Shown: positions 15,154-23,963 of the stretch, one piece after another
Position numbering within the stretch: position 1 is the first letter of the stretch
Layout: each line of letters opens with the position of its first letter
Virus record (IMG/VR): IMGVR_UViG_3300017765_000017
Origin: a virus
Direction: 5' to 3' (one strand)
Length of the DNA: 33,691 bases
Translations under genes and position numbers: made by a program
The notes under the pieces: generated by a model
Database searches by the model: none
The model's input: the letters and a program-made list of their open reading frames with translations, nothing else
Told to the model about the DNA's origin: nothing

Positions 15154-16669
15154 CTTGTTGCCCTTCTAAATAGCTATCGACTAGAGCGTCCACATTTGGA
15201 CTTGGTTGGTCAGGGCCAGCAAGAACTTCAGAAGCTGGATCTCGTATGTCTGGTATTTCTACTGGCTTAAAGTTTGGAAGTGTAGAGGCACTTGTACTCA
15301 AAGACCTTTGACGCTGATAGAATGGTAAGTCTGTATTATAATCGTTAGATTTATCCCTTAAAACTTTACCTATAGCAGACTTTACAGTTTCTGGATCAGT
15401 TGTGATGTTTCTTAAATCACCGCCTAAGTATGTGATAAGACGTTGAGCATCTTGCTCAGTCATTACGCCGGGGCCAAGAACATCAACACGAACCTGACCA
15501 AGAACACCTTGCTGCATACCAATAGCAAGTTGTCTAGCCATTTCCTTTGGCGTTAAATCTTTTCCAACAAGTGTCTTTGCTTTTGCTGATAGAGATGTTG
15601 CCAAACCAGCAAAACCACCCTCTACCGCATCTAAGTCTGTATATAATTTATTTAAGGTTTTAACGCCTCTGCTTTGTGTTCTTGTTTCATTAGCAAGGTT
15701 TTTAACCTCTTTTATGCTTAATGCTTCACGGTCTATGTTTTCGGAAGAAATAAATTCTTCGGAATCCTTTACTGGACGGAAACCGCCTTCTGCATCTGGG
15801 TCTTCAACTACTGTAACGTATCCGCCCTCTGCTGTTGTTTTTCTGTATACACGTTTCTTTGACTTTTCACCATTTTCAAGGAACACGCCCTCGACAGGCT
15901 CAAGTTCAGTCTTCTTTACGTCTTTAGGTAAGAACGTATCCCAGCGTACAACACGGCCATACTGGTCTGCCTTTAACGCTTCTGCCTCTGGGCTACCGGG
16001 TGTTACATATGTAACTTCAGCCTTACCTATAGTGCCATCTGGGTGTCTAACATCTTGAAGTTTAAACCCAAGAGCCTTACCAGTTTCTCTCTTTGCTTGA
16101 TCCTGTTCAAAAGCAAACTTTTTTTCTTTTAACCCAAACTCCTTTGCCGCTTGCTCACGCTCATACGCTTGCTGTTCAGCGGCTGCTTGTGCCGCAGCCT
16201 CTTCTTGAGCTTTTCTTTCTTCTGCTGCTTGTCTTTTCTCCATAGCACCAATGCCAGCTTCTGCTGAACGTGCCAGTATCTGACCAATGCTAGGTGCCTG
16301 TGCCGCTGGCTGATAACCACTCATTTCCAGCATAGCGCGACCAGCAGCGCCTAGCCCAGCCATCTGAGGTGTGCCAGCCGCTGGCATTGCTGATGACAAA
16401 CGCTGCATAGGTGATGGCTTTGGAGTAGGGGCAGTCGGTGCCAAGCCATACTTAGCCATCAATGCCTGACGCGATTGGGGGGCTGTAGGAGCGGCTGACT
16501 GTGCCAATACCTGTCTGCGTAGCCCGGCAATGTCCAGAGGCTGTGCAGCGGCCATTGTAGGCCCAGCAGCGGTAGGTGTAGGCGCTGTAGCCGGAGCCAG
16601 CATCTGAGCTAGTGACCTTCGGCCAACGCCCATCTGTTGTCCTGTCATACCTCTAAGAAAAGGACTCAT
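15146..16669 (-). CDS. Internal virion / ejection-type protein
   Basis: 507 aa. Ala/Pro/Gln-rich N-terminal half and a charged coiled-coil centre (AAEERKAQEEAAAQAAAEQQAYEREQAAKE). Confidence 0.45.
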   Translation of the reverse strand: MSPFLRGMTGQQMGVGRRSLAQMLAPATAPTPTAAGPTMAAAQPLDIAGLRRQVLAQSAAPTAPQSRQALMAKYGLAPTAPTPKPSPMQRLSSAMPAAGTPQMAGLGAAGRAMLEMSGYQPAAQAPSIGQILARSAEAGIGAMEKRQAAEERKAQEEAAAQAAAEQQAYEREQAAKEFGLKEKKFAFEQDQAKRETGKALGFKLQDVRHPDGTIGKAEVTYVTPGSPEAEALKADQYGRVVRWDTFLPKDVKKTELEPVEGVFLENGEKSKKRVYRKTTAEGGYVTVVEDPDAEGGFRPVKDSEEFISSENIDREALSIKEVKNLANETRTQSRGVKTLNKLYTDLDAVEGGFAGLATSLSAKAKTLVGKDLTPKEMARQLAIGMQQGVLGQVRVDVLGPGVMTEQDAQRLITYLGGDLRNITTDPETVKSAIGKVLRDKSNDYNTDLPFYQRQRSLSTSASTLPNFKPVEIPDIRDPASEVLAGPDQPSPNVDALVDSYLEGQQGG

Positions 16670-16678
16670 CTAACTCTC

Positions 16679-17428
16679 CTAACCTAACAAGCCTAAGCCA
16701 GCGCCAATAAGAGCGCCGGTGCCGCCACCGAAGCCAGCCATCTGGCCCAGTTCTGCACCAGCTAAACCAGCGCCAAGGATGCTTGTAAGTGGCTGACGCT
16801 GTTGCGCTTCGTAAGTCGTCTGACCCATTTCACCGCCACGAACAGCCGCAAGATACTGCTGCAACTTATCTTGTGGCCGGGCTTGCTCAAACTGGAACCG
16901 TTCAATATCAGCACCCAACTCTGCTTGCTGTTGAGCCTCACGAGCCGCACCAACACCAGCCAATGTCTCAAGGTCAGCAAAGCCAAACTGACGCGCCGCT
17001 GGTGCCTGTGCAATCGCCTGTTGCTGTGCTTGCAACGCCATTGGTGCCAGCGCCTGTGCCAATGCAGCTTGCTGATAGCCAGAACCGTAACGGCCAGCCT
17101 TAGATGCTTCTGCCTGTACTTGCTCAACTACCGGGCGAAAAGCGGCTGATTGCAGTGGGTTTGTACCCATTAGGTTCTGCATCACGACATCTTGTACGCC
17201 TTGAATGAACGGGCTGCCAGTGATTGCTTGCTGGCGAATACCTTGCAACGCCATCTCTGATTCTGGTGAATAGCCTACAACTGTCTGGCCGGGATAATAT
17301 TGAGGCGCACCAGATTCATAAAGCTGTTTCGCTTGAGAAAGACCATACTCTAGGAATGGCTTTTGAAACGCAGGGGGTTCTACAGAACTTGCCTGTACCT
17401 GTCTTGTGTTGCCGCCGCCTTTGCTCAT
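16679..17428 (-). CDS. Internal virion protein (Gln/Ala-rich, Gly-rich hydrophobic C-terminus)
   Basis: 249 aa, ending ILGAGLAGAELGQMAGFGGGTGALIGAGLGLLG. Three overlapping track ORFs here are composition artefacts. Confidence 0.45.
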   Translation of the reverse strand: MSKGGGNTRQVQASSVEPPAFQKPFLEYGLSQAKQLYESGAPQYYPGQTVVGYSPESEMALQGIRQQAITGSPFIQGVQDVVMQNLMGTNPLQSAAFRPVVEQVQAEASKAGRYGSGYQQAALAQALAPMALQAQQQAIAQAPAARQFGFADLETLAGVGAAREAQQQAELGADIERFQFEQARPQDKLQQYLAAVRGGEMGQTTYEAQQRQPLTSILGAGLAGAELGQMAGFGGGTGALIGAGLGLLG

Positions 17429-17429
17429 T

Positions 17430-17807
17430 TTATATTTCCTTTATAAGTACAGTTGACGCGGGACTGTAGTCCTTTAACTGCCGTTCCCAGCCTTTGCGCC
17501 CGATAATTTCCATTCCACTGCATCCGTGGTTTCTAGCCCACGTTACAAGTTCTTTCTCAGCCTCTATCAACTCATCCATCTCACCGCCAGCCAACCAAAT
17601 GCGACACACGGATTTTTTCGGGTAGTCAACTATCTCCGTCACTATAACAGAATTTCCCAGTGGGAAAAACTGCGCTTTTCCTTGCTTAATAGCATCTAGC
17701 ACATCTAGCGAACTATGTGTGCCACCTGAATATGCCAAAGCAGCATCTATGTGATGCGCTAATCTCTCAAACTCATCCAATAATGAGGTATGCAACGTCA
17801 ACGTCAT
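17430..17807 (-). CDS. Hypothetical virion-module protein
   Basis: Track ORF. Start is either ATG 17807 or TTG 17828, and both overlap the upstream gene. Confidence 0.45.
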   Translation of the reverse strand: MTLTLHTSLLDEFERLAHHIDAALAYSGGTHSSLDVLDAIKQGKAQFFPLGNSVIVTEIVDYPKKSVCRIWLAGGEMDELIEAEKELVTWARNHGCSGMEIIGRKGWERQLKDYSPASTVLIKEI

Positions 17808-18096
17808 GTCCGTGATTTTTGTGTTCAATTATCATCGTCCCATTGGTGCTAGTGCTTTTAACAAAAGGCAAACTGTGTTCTAGCGTTTCGTTGTAGCCGG
17901 TAAAAAATACGATACTCTCTACCCCATATCGCGGGTCGTTTACAGTAGTGGTGGTAGAACCCGATGTAAGCGTGGCATACCCAATACTATTTAATCCGCC
18001 ATCAATAGTCCTGTTCAACACCTCTGACACTTCTCTTGTGGTAGCTGTGACAGGGTTTAACGTGCGAAAGTTTACATTACGCTGTGCTGTTGTCAT
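17773..18096 (-). CDS. Hypothetical small structural protein
   Basis: 107-aa track ORF, Thr/Ser/Asn-rich, coupled to neighbours in the late operon. Confidence 0.5.
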   Translation of the reverse strand: MTTAQRNVNFRTLNPVTATTREVSEVLNRTIDGGLNSIGYATLTSGSTTTTVNDPRYGVESIVFFTGYNETLEHSLPFVKSTSTNGTMIIEHKNHGHDVDVAYLIIG

Positions 18097-19556
18097 CTGC
18101 GCCCCACTGGTCTTACATCAACGTCAACGCCGTGTGCGTATGACCATAAACCACTTAACACCATCTTAACACGGTGGTATCTGTCATGCGCTCTAAATGG
18201 CACAAACCCAGACGTATTTGTAGCACCACCATTTTGGAAGTTTACCGTGTCTGTGGGTGTGCCTCTAAGACCTACTGACAAGTTCACAGAGCCACCCTCG
18301 TGATACGGATAAATGCGCGTAACAATAGAGTGATTTCCGACTTTTATAGCCGCCTCACCTGTTACGATAGTTCCTTCCATCGGATCTCCAGAAAAAGCCG
18401 CTATTTTAGCGCCATTTGCGCCGCCAAACAGGTACTGACCGCCTTTGTATAGTGCGCTGTCCAGTGATGCTGGAAGGGCATCTAGGCTTGTGTTGATATT
18501 ATCTAGCTGCTCTAGTGAATAACCAGCCGTAAAAAACGGTGCCACTAGGTCGTTCTTGACCTTTACCAATGACCATCTGTTCAAAGCATAGTTAAATATC
18601 AGTAATCTATCTGGCTGAGAATCTAGCGAACTATTTGACACATATGACCACACAGCAAGCTGGTTTTGCGGGTCAACGGTAGATGTCATCTTGTCCTTAT
18701 ATGAGAAATTAAAATCTTCCTCTAAGAAGAACCTATCTACTTTTTCTGCACCAATAGGCTGAGAACGTGCGCCATCAAACATGTAAAAGCCGTCATCAGA
18801 CAGGTAGAATATGTTGTGGCCGATGTTGCACACAGAACCCGGCACCTGACAGCCTCTAGCAGTCTCGACTTTATCGAACTGAAATATCAGTGGCGGGCCT
18901 GAGTATGTGGCACGAATAATCGCACGTTCCATCAATATGGTGCAATATTCACCGCCAACCATACCAGTAATAGCACCAGCATCTGGGATGTCTTGAAAGT
19001 CAGACTGACCCGTGCCAGCCGTCCAGCTTGTCTGATCGTTAAATCCTGACCATTTAACGCGGTATGGTATCCGGCCAGAACCCTCATCAATATTGCCTGT
19101 CCATACAAAATCACGCACAACTGTCAAAAAGTCTGCTTTTGGTGGTGTTCCAGATAAATTAGAAAACGCTGTGTCGGTGCCTAATTGGAACTTTTGCAGT
19201 TCCTCTCCGATACCGCCTGATGCAATAAGTACGTCACCAAACTGCACAAACCGCCAACGCTCACTACTTTCCAAATCGTAAGCTGGTGTTCCCGCTTTAC
19301 TGACATCATCTAGATTTGTCGTGCCAGCATTGAACAGATACAACTTGCCCTGATCCCCTGCAAACAAACGCACGGTGCCATCATTGTCTTTTGCAGCAAA
19401 CACATTCAACAAAGTGTTTGAGCCAGCATTTGAATAATCGACAAAGTCGCTAAAGCTGCGATAGCCATTATATGCCGGGACTACGTTTGTAGCCTCTACG
19501 ACACCAGCATTTGTAAAATCTGGCTGATCGGGTAGCCATTCGCCAAACTGTATCAT
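18093..19556 (-). CDS. Tail/baseplate structural protein
   Basis: About 487 aa. ATG 19556 forms an ATGA overlap with the upstream stop (MIQFGEWLPDQPDFTNAG...). Position in the tail module. Shares an LDALPASLDSAL motif with the upstream gene. Confidence 0.55.
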   Translation of the reverse strand: MIQFGEWLPDQPDFTNAGVVEATNVVPAYNGYRSFSDFVDYSNAGSNTLLNVFAAKDNDGTVRLFAGDQGKLYLFNAGTTNLDDVSKAGTPAYDLESSERWRFVQFGDVLIASGGIGEELQKFQLGTDTAFSNLSGTPPKADFLTVVRDFVWTGNIDEGSGRIPYRVKWSGFNDQTSWTAGTGQSDFQDIPDAGAITGMVGGEYCTILMERAIIRATYSGPPLIFQFDKVETARGCQVPGSVCNIGHNIFYLSDDGFYMFDGARSQPIGAEKVDRFFLEEDFNFSYKDKMTSTVDPQNQLAVWSYVSNSSLDSQPDRLLIFNYALNRWSLVKVKNDLVAPFFTAGYSLEQLDNINTSLDALPASLDSALYKGGQYLFGGANGAKIAAFSGDPMEGTIVTGEAAIKVGNHSIVTRIYPYHEGGSVNLSVGLRGTPTDTVNFQNGGATNTSGFVPFRAHDRYHRVKMVLSGLWSYAHGVDVDVRPVGRR

Positions 19557-20278
19557 TGTAACGCCCAAACCTCTGTGCCAACTGATTGTATAGTCCAGAT
19601 CTCACTTCCAACAGGAATGTCAGTCCAAACCTCTGTACCCGGTGCAACTACCCCCCATTCTTCACCAAGCCGCTTTGCTTCACATGAAACAGTGATAGCA
19701 GCTTGTGTTTCACCCGGCATAGCAAATATACCATTTGCCGCGCCTGTTGTCGTTGCTGCTATAGATGCCGCGCTTTGTACGTTAAACACATAATTTGAAT
19801 CTGATGTAGCGCTAACAGAAATCGCCTCAGACGCGCTGTCAGTGCGTATACGGGTAGATACTGTAGATTCCGTAACAGCAACGCTCACAGAGGCGTCTAC
19901 CGTTCTTACAGGCGTTATAACAGCGGCAAAGCTGGCAGCACCTGTCACAGAGCCTGACATAGTGCGTATGCGAGTGTTATCTGCCGTAGCGGATGCGGAG
20001 ATAGACACCGCTGCTGGCATTTCAATCGCAAACTGTATAGCCGCTGCTGCTGTTATCGCAGCCGTGGCAGTGCCTTGAAAATGCTTAACGTCAAGATTAG
20101 CTAGTTGCTCAAGGTTGCCGAATGTATCTAACTGCTCAAGCGTACCCCAGTTGTCTAGCTGCTCTAATGTTGGATTAGACCAGTCAACCTTAGTAAGCAG
20201 TAATGCGCTGTCCAGCGAATATGGAAGCGCATCAATGCTGCTAGTAAAGTTGTCTAAACTGGGGGTGCCTGTAGCCAT
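19553..20278 (-). CDS. Repeat-containing structural protein
   Basis: Repeated LEQLD/LEQLA units, two TRIRT-containing repeats, and three C-terminal G(T/S)E(V/I)W repeats. Ala/Thr/Ser-rich. Confidence 0.5.
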   Translation of the reverse strand: MATGTPSLDNFTSSIDALPYSLDSALLLTKVDWSNPTLEQLDNWGTLEQLDTFGNLEQLANLDVKHFQGTATAAITAAAAIQFAIEMPAAVSISASATADNTRIRTMSGSVTGAASFAAVITPVRTVDASVSVAVTESTVSTRIRTDSASEAISVSATSDSNYVFNVQSAASIAATTTGAANGIFAMPGETQAAITVSCEAKRLGEEWGVVAPGTEVWTDIPVGSEIWTIQSVGTEVWALQ

Positions 20279-20287
20279 TAGCTACAC

Positions 20288-20674
20288 CTATGCCGCTGAG
20301 ATGTCTAAATCACCAGAAGAAATCTTTAGAATATCACCCGAATCTATCAGCTTTCCTGTAGTAAAAGCCCCGTGGATCAAAAGATTACCGCCTGAGCTTG
20401 CATCGAACAAACCAAAGTGGCTGACCACGCCCCAGCTTGCTGTGGCTGCTGAAAACTCAATAGCTGCGCTGTTGTCAGCAGTTCCAGAAGCCGCTGCGTT
20501 GAACGTAGCCGCTACACGAGTATAACCGTTGCCAGTCAACTCTGTGCCGCTGTTGTCATCAGCAAACGTGGCAGTTGCCAAGCCAACATACACAGCCGAT
20601 GGCATCGTATATGCGCCAGTTCCTAAGATATGGTCGAGAATCTCGTTCTCTAGGTAATCACTCATTGCAGACAT
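20288..20674 (-). CDS. Virion structural protein (conserved phage family, function unknown)
   Basis: NEILDHILG...VYVGLATATFADDNSGTELTGNGYTRVAATF...NSAAIEFSAATASWGVVSHFGLFDA is a pattern I recognise from many phage structural modules. GGAGAAG RBS. Confidence 0.5.
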   Translation of the reverse strand: MSAMSDYLENEILDHILGTGAYTMPSAVYVGLATATFADDNSGTELTGNGYTRVAATFNAAASGTADNSAAIEFSAATASWGVVSHFGLFDASSGGNLLIHGAFTTGKLIDSGDILKISSGDLDISAA

Positions 20675-20677
20675 GTG

Positions 20678-21319
20678 TTACTTCTCCGCTGTTACATTCT
20701 GCCGTAAGTAGACAGATTTAGTTTGTAGTGGCCCTGTGCCATAGTGTGAACGCTCTTCGTCCATCCGCACCTCATTTATAGCACGAGTGAACTTCTCATC
20801 ATACTGCGCGGCTCTCTGCTCATCCAACAGATACACATATGCTTCTGTTAGTGCGCCGTACAAATATAAGTCAGGTGAACGTATAAACAGTGTAGGAGTG
20901 CTAACATCAGACAATGTATCAACATTGCCAATGTAAATGATCTCCATTGTGTAACCACTGTCTGGTATAGGACGAACTTTCATCTCCTTACCAACTATGC
21001 TGTAGCCTTTTGGTTTGCCCTGACCATTGCTTGAATACTGCGTATCAAGTCCTGTAGGTGATGCGTAGGACAGCACCGTCAGTGGGCTTGTATTCAGCTT
21101 AACTTCTCTGACCTCACGCAAATCTGTCGGCAGAGCAATATACTCATCACCAGCTACAAGCGTTGCCTGTACGCGCTTCTCTTGCTCACGAGTTTCCAAC
21201 TCACGATTAATACGCGCTTCAGCTAACTGAATAAAGTTAGGTATCTGTGCGGTTAAATCATCACGAGCCAGAAAGTTGGCGATAGATGTCTGTAAGTCTG
21301 CGTAAGATGCAATAGCCAT
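20678..21319 (-). CDS. Head-tail adaptor/connector candidate
   Basis: 213 aa (MAIASYADLQTSIANFLARDDL...). Position downstream of the capsid module. Confidence 0.4.
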   Translation of the reverse strand: MAIASYADLQTSIANFLARDDLTAQIPNFIQLAEARINRELETREQEKRVQATLVAGDEYIALPTDLREVREVKLNTSPLTVLSYASPTGLDTQYSSNGQGKPKGYSIVGKEMKVRPIPDSGYTMEIIYIGNVDTLSDVSTPTLFIRSPDLYLYGALTEAYVYLLDEQRAAQYDEKFTRAINEVRMDEERSHYGTGPLQTKSVYLRQNVTAEK

Positions 21320-21639
21320 TAAACTTGTCCACCACCAGTTCTAAAGTCGCGGTTCTCGCTGTCGTTCAGCCACTGCTTCCACGCCTTTGGGTTTTCGCTT
21401 GGCTTGCCAAACTTTTCTACTAGGTGAGCATACACGACATTCGGTATTTCTGCCACATGCTGCATGTGCTTCTGGGTTCCGCGCAAACTGCCCGGACGCC
21501 AATCATTATTCATCTGACTGTTCAGCTTCATCAACGTGTCAAAGTTCTGCGTAGACTGGATGCGCTGAGAACCGTCAGTGTCAGTAACTAAGTCAATCTT
21601 TTTGCCTGTAACGGCATCATTAATTAGTGATCTTTTCAT
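21319..21639 (-). CDS. Hypothetical head-module protein
   Basis: ATG 21639 is preferred over TTG 21651. ATGA-type coupling with the next gene. Confidence 0.45.
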   Translation of the reverse strand: MKRSLINDAVTGKKIDLVTDTDGSQRIQSTQNFDTLMKLNSQMNNDWRPGSLRGTQKHMQHVAEIPNVVYAHLVEKFGKPSENPKAWKQWLNDSENRDFRTGGGQV

Positions 21640-21660
21640 ACTTTGCCCCAATGAGATGAA

Positions 21661-21679
21661 GGGGCGGCAGAACCGCCCC
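21661..21679 (-). terminator. Hairpin directly after the major capsid gene (attenuator or partial terminator)
   Basis: GGGGCGG-cagaa-CCGCCCC. The minus-strand read is followed by TTCATCTCATT, a weak U-tract. Confidence 0.45.
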
Positions 21680-21687
21680 CTCTAGTG

Positions 21688-22638
21688 TTATGATCCGCTC
21701 AGACCGATTACGGCTGCGTGGGCTTTAGGTGCAAGCACCTTCAAGGCCCATTCAGTCACAATCTGGAACTTCTCTGCGTCACCTGTTGGTGCAATTTCGT
21801 TTTCAGAGAAATTACGGCCATTGATGGTGCAAAGTGCAGCGAAGTCTGGGTCGATCAAGAAGACCTTGTCGTCACCCATAAAGCGTGAAGGAGCGACTTC
21901 CAATGTGCCGAAGTCAGTCAAGAAGACTGAAGTCGAACCAACGTAGGTCACTTCCTTGGCCGCTGTCATGTTGACATCGTTGCTGACCAAGTTGCCAGAA
22001 GCTGACAGGTCTGAGAAGTTAGCCCGGTTCGCGGCTGAACACGCCATAATTTTTGGCGATCCACCGTCTGTCCAAGCTGCTTGCATTGCTGTCTCAATCT
22101 GAGCCAGTGTCAACGCACGAGCAGTACCAGTCAGATCAGCTACGTCTGTGCCATCGCCAGTAGCGAAGGCCATATCACCCGGCGAATCACCATTGGTGAT
22201 CCAAGTGATGAGTGATGCTGATTTGCGAGGGTCTGAACCAGAACGAGCCACGTTTGTGTCACCGATTGCTTTTTCGATGTCACGACGAAGTTCCAATGAT
22301 TTCAGTACCTTCTGGTACGCTACTTCACGATCACGGCCAGCTTTTTCAACTGCATCAAGGGTCTTTGATACAGCTACTGCTTTGACTGAGATCTGATGGT
22401 AGTTGCCCAGACGGCTAGTAGCCGTTGGAGCAGCAACGCTGGCGTCTGCACCTTCGTTGACGTAGTTAGTAGCTGACGCGGCGGCCAATTCCTGAACTTG
22501 CCATTCGGTGAAGATACCGTTTGAGGTTTCCTTCTTCAGTGCGCTGAAGATAGGTGTTTCATCGGGGTCAATCCGATAGATGACATCGGCAAGCTGCTCG
22601 CGCTCACCAATAGCTGAAGATGTGGTAAAGGTACTCAT
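21688..22638 (-). CDS. Major capsid protein (HK97 fold, SU10/DUF5309-like family)
   Basis: N-terminus GEREQLADVIYRIDPDETPIFSALKKE...TEWQVQEL...NYVNEGAD matches the SU10-type capsid signature. AAGGAG RBS. Follows the scaffold gene. Confidence 0.8.
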   Translation of the reverse strand: MSTFTTSSAIGEREQLADVIYRIDPDETPIFSALKKETSNGIFTEWQVQELAAASATNYVNEGADASVAAPTATSRLGNYHQISVKAVAVSKTLDAVEKAGRDREVAYQKVLKSLELRRDIEKAIGDTNVARSGSDPRKSASLITWITNGDSPGDMAFATGDGTDVADLTGTARALTLAQIETAMQAAWTDGGSPKIMACSAANRANFSDLSASGNLVSNDVNMTAAKEVTYVGSTSVFLTDFGTLEVAPSRFMGDDKVFLIDPDFAALCTINGRNFSENEIAPTGDAEKFQIVTEWALKVLAPKAHAAVIGLSGS

Positions 22639-22658
22639 TTAATTGCTCCTTCTAAAAG

Positions 22659-23672
22659 CTAGTTACCCATCAAGTATGATACGGCTGCATCTACAGACCG
22701 CTCTTTATTGAGGCGGCTCATAGACTGTTGCCGTGAACGACTTGCAACTTGTTTCTTTGTGCGTGGCTGTCCAGCTTTAGCCATCTTAGGAGCTTGTCTT
22801 GTGCGTTTCTTAGCCGTGGGTTTCTTACGCTGTAGATTGTCCCACTGCATCGCTTTGTACAAAAGTTCCACGGCTCTAGCGTCTGTAGCCTGTGCAACTT
22901 CTTGTTCGCTAAATCCGATGTTACGAGCATACTCAACTACTTCAAGCCGCTCTTTATTCCGAACATCGTCATCCTTCCATTTAGGGATGCGATTTAGCAT
23001 GTCAGACCGTTGCGCTCTTAAATGCTCTTCAAGCATTTTTTGCTGTTCAACAGTCTGCTGTTGAGACAGTGCCTGTCTCTCTTGCTCCACTTTTGCGAGG
23101 TTGGCCTGTCGATTGTCGTACTCTGCTCTAATCGCGTTGTACTCTTCAGCCGTGACCTCTTTTGCTAATGAGACCCAATCAGGTTCCTGAGGAATTGTCT
23201 GTTGAATCTGCTGTGCCAGCACATCAAGTTGCTGTGCGTAGTAGTCTCTTGCTTGCTTTGCTTCGGCTGCTTCTTTCTCAGCAGCTTTCCGCATTTCGGC
23301 GGCTTCCTGACTACGCTTTGTAAAAGCCTGTTGTCGCTGATAACCTTGTAGGGCTTCGTCAAGGCTGACCTCTATTTCTTCACCATCTACTTTGACAGTG
23401 TAGACTGTTTCTTGAGGTTCCTCTTCTCCGTCCTCGTAGTCATCTTCTTCTTCAGACTCTTCGACATCATAAGCATCATCCTCATCATCCTCGTAGGATT
23501 CAGCCTCTAGCTGAGTGTCCTCTTCGGTGACTTCGGCCTCTGCCTCCATCGGTTGAGGAGCTTCTTGCTCCTCTGGTCGCTCTTCCTCTACCTTATCCGG
23601 GATGGGGGTATTTAGAAGGCTAACTGCATCATTTAATGAAATAGACCCGGTTCCTTGCGGATTGTCGGACAT
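22659..23672 (-). CDS. Scaffolding protein
   Basis: Highly acidic N-terminal third (EDDEDDAYDVEESEEEDDYEDGEEE), a long coiled-coil middle and a basic C-terminus. Sits immediately upstream of the capsid gene. Confidence 0.65.
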   Translation of the reverse strand: MSDNPQGTGSISLNDAVSLLNTPIPDKVEEERPEEQEAPQPMEAEAEVTEEDTQLEAESYEDDEDDAYDVEESEEEDDYEDGEEEPQETVYTVKVDGEEIEVSLDEALQGYQRQQAFTKRSQEAAEMRKAAEKEAAEAKQARDYYAQQLDVLAQQIQQTIPQEPDWVSLAKEVTAEEYNAIRAEYDNRQANLAKVEQERQALSQQQTVEQQKMLEEHLRAQRSDMLNRIPKWKDDDVRNKERLEVVEYARNIGFSEQEVAQATDARAVELLYKAMQWDNLQRKKPTAKKRTRQAPKMAKAGQPRTKKQVASRSRQQSMSRLNKERSVDAAVSYLMGN

Positions 23673-23675
23673 AAC

Positions 23676-23963
23676 TTATTTCCTTTTCTCAAATTGTTGG
23701 CGTTTGTGCAACTCCTGTAATGTTGCTTTTGCCAATTTTCCATCTTCCACTACCTTGTGAATGTAGGTCTTAACTGCTTCCAAGTTCTGACAAAGCATAT
23801 ATAGGCGCTCTCTAGCTTCCGTGTCACCTATGCCGCTCTGCTTCCAAGCACTCGTAAATTCGTTCTCTAAATACTCAAAACTTTCTATGAATATTTCATT
23901 GCGTAATACGGCCTCTGCCTTGTCGGCTCTAGCCATCTGTTCCCTTGCTTTTCCTTCGTTCAT
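23676..23963 (-). CDS. Hypothetical coiled-coil head-module protein
   Basis: 95-aa track ORF with ATGA coupling to the upstream gene. Confidence 0.5.
   Translation of the reverse strand: MNEGKAREQMARADKAEAVLRNEIFIESFEYLENEFTSAWKQSGIGDTEARERLYMLCQNLEAVKTYIHKVVEDGKLAKATLQELHKRQQFEKRK

Noticed and set aside
16762-17149. Three long overlapping ORFs (16762..17127 -, 16789..17103 +, 16802..17149 +) inside gene 16679..17428
   Set aside because: The region is GCN/CAG-periodic (Ala/Gln-rich), which keeps several frames open. Only the 249-aa frame has a proper start, coupling and context.
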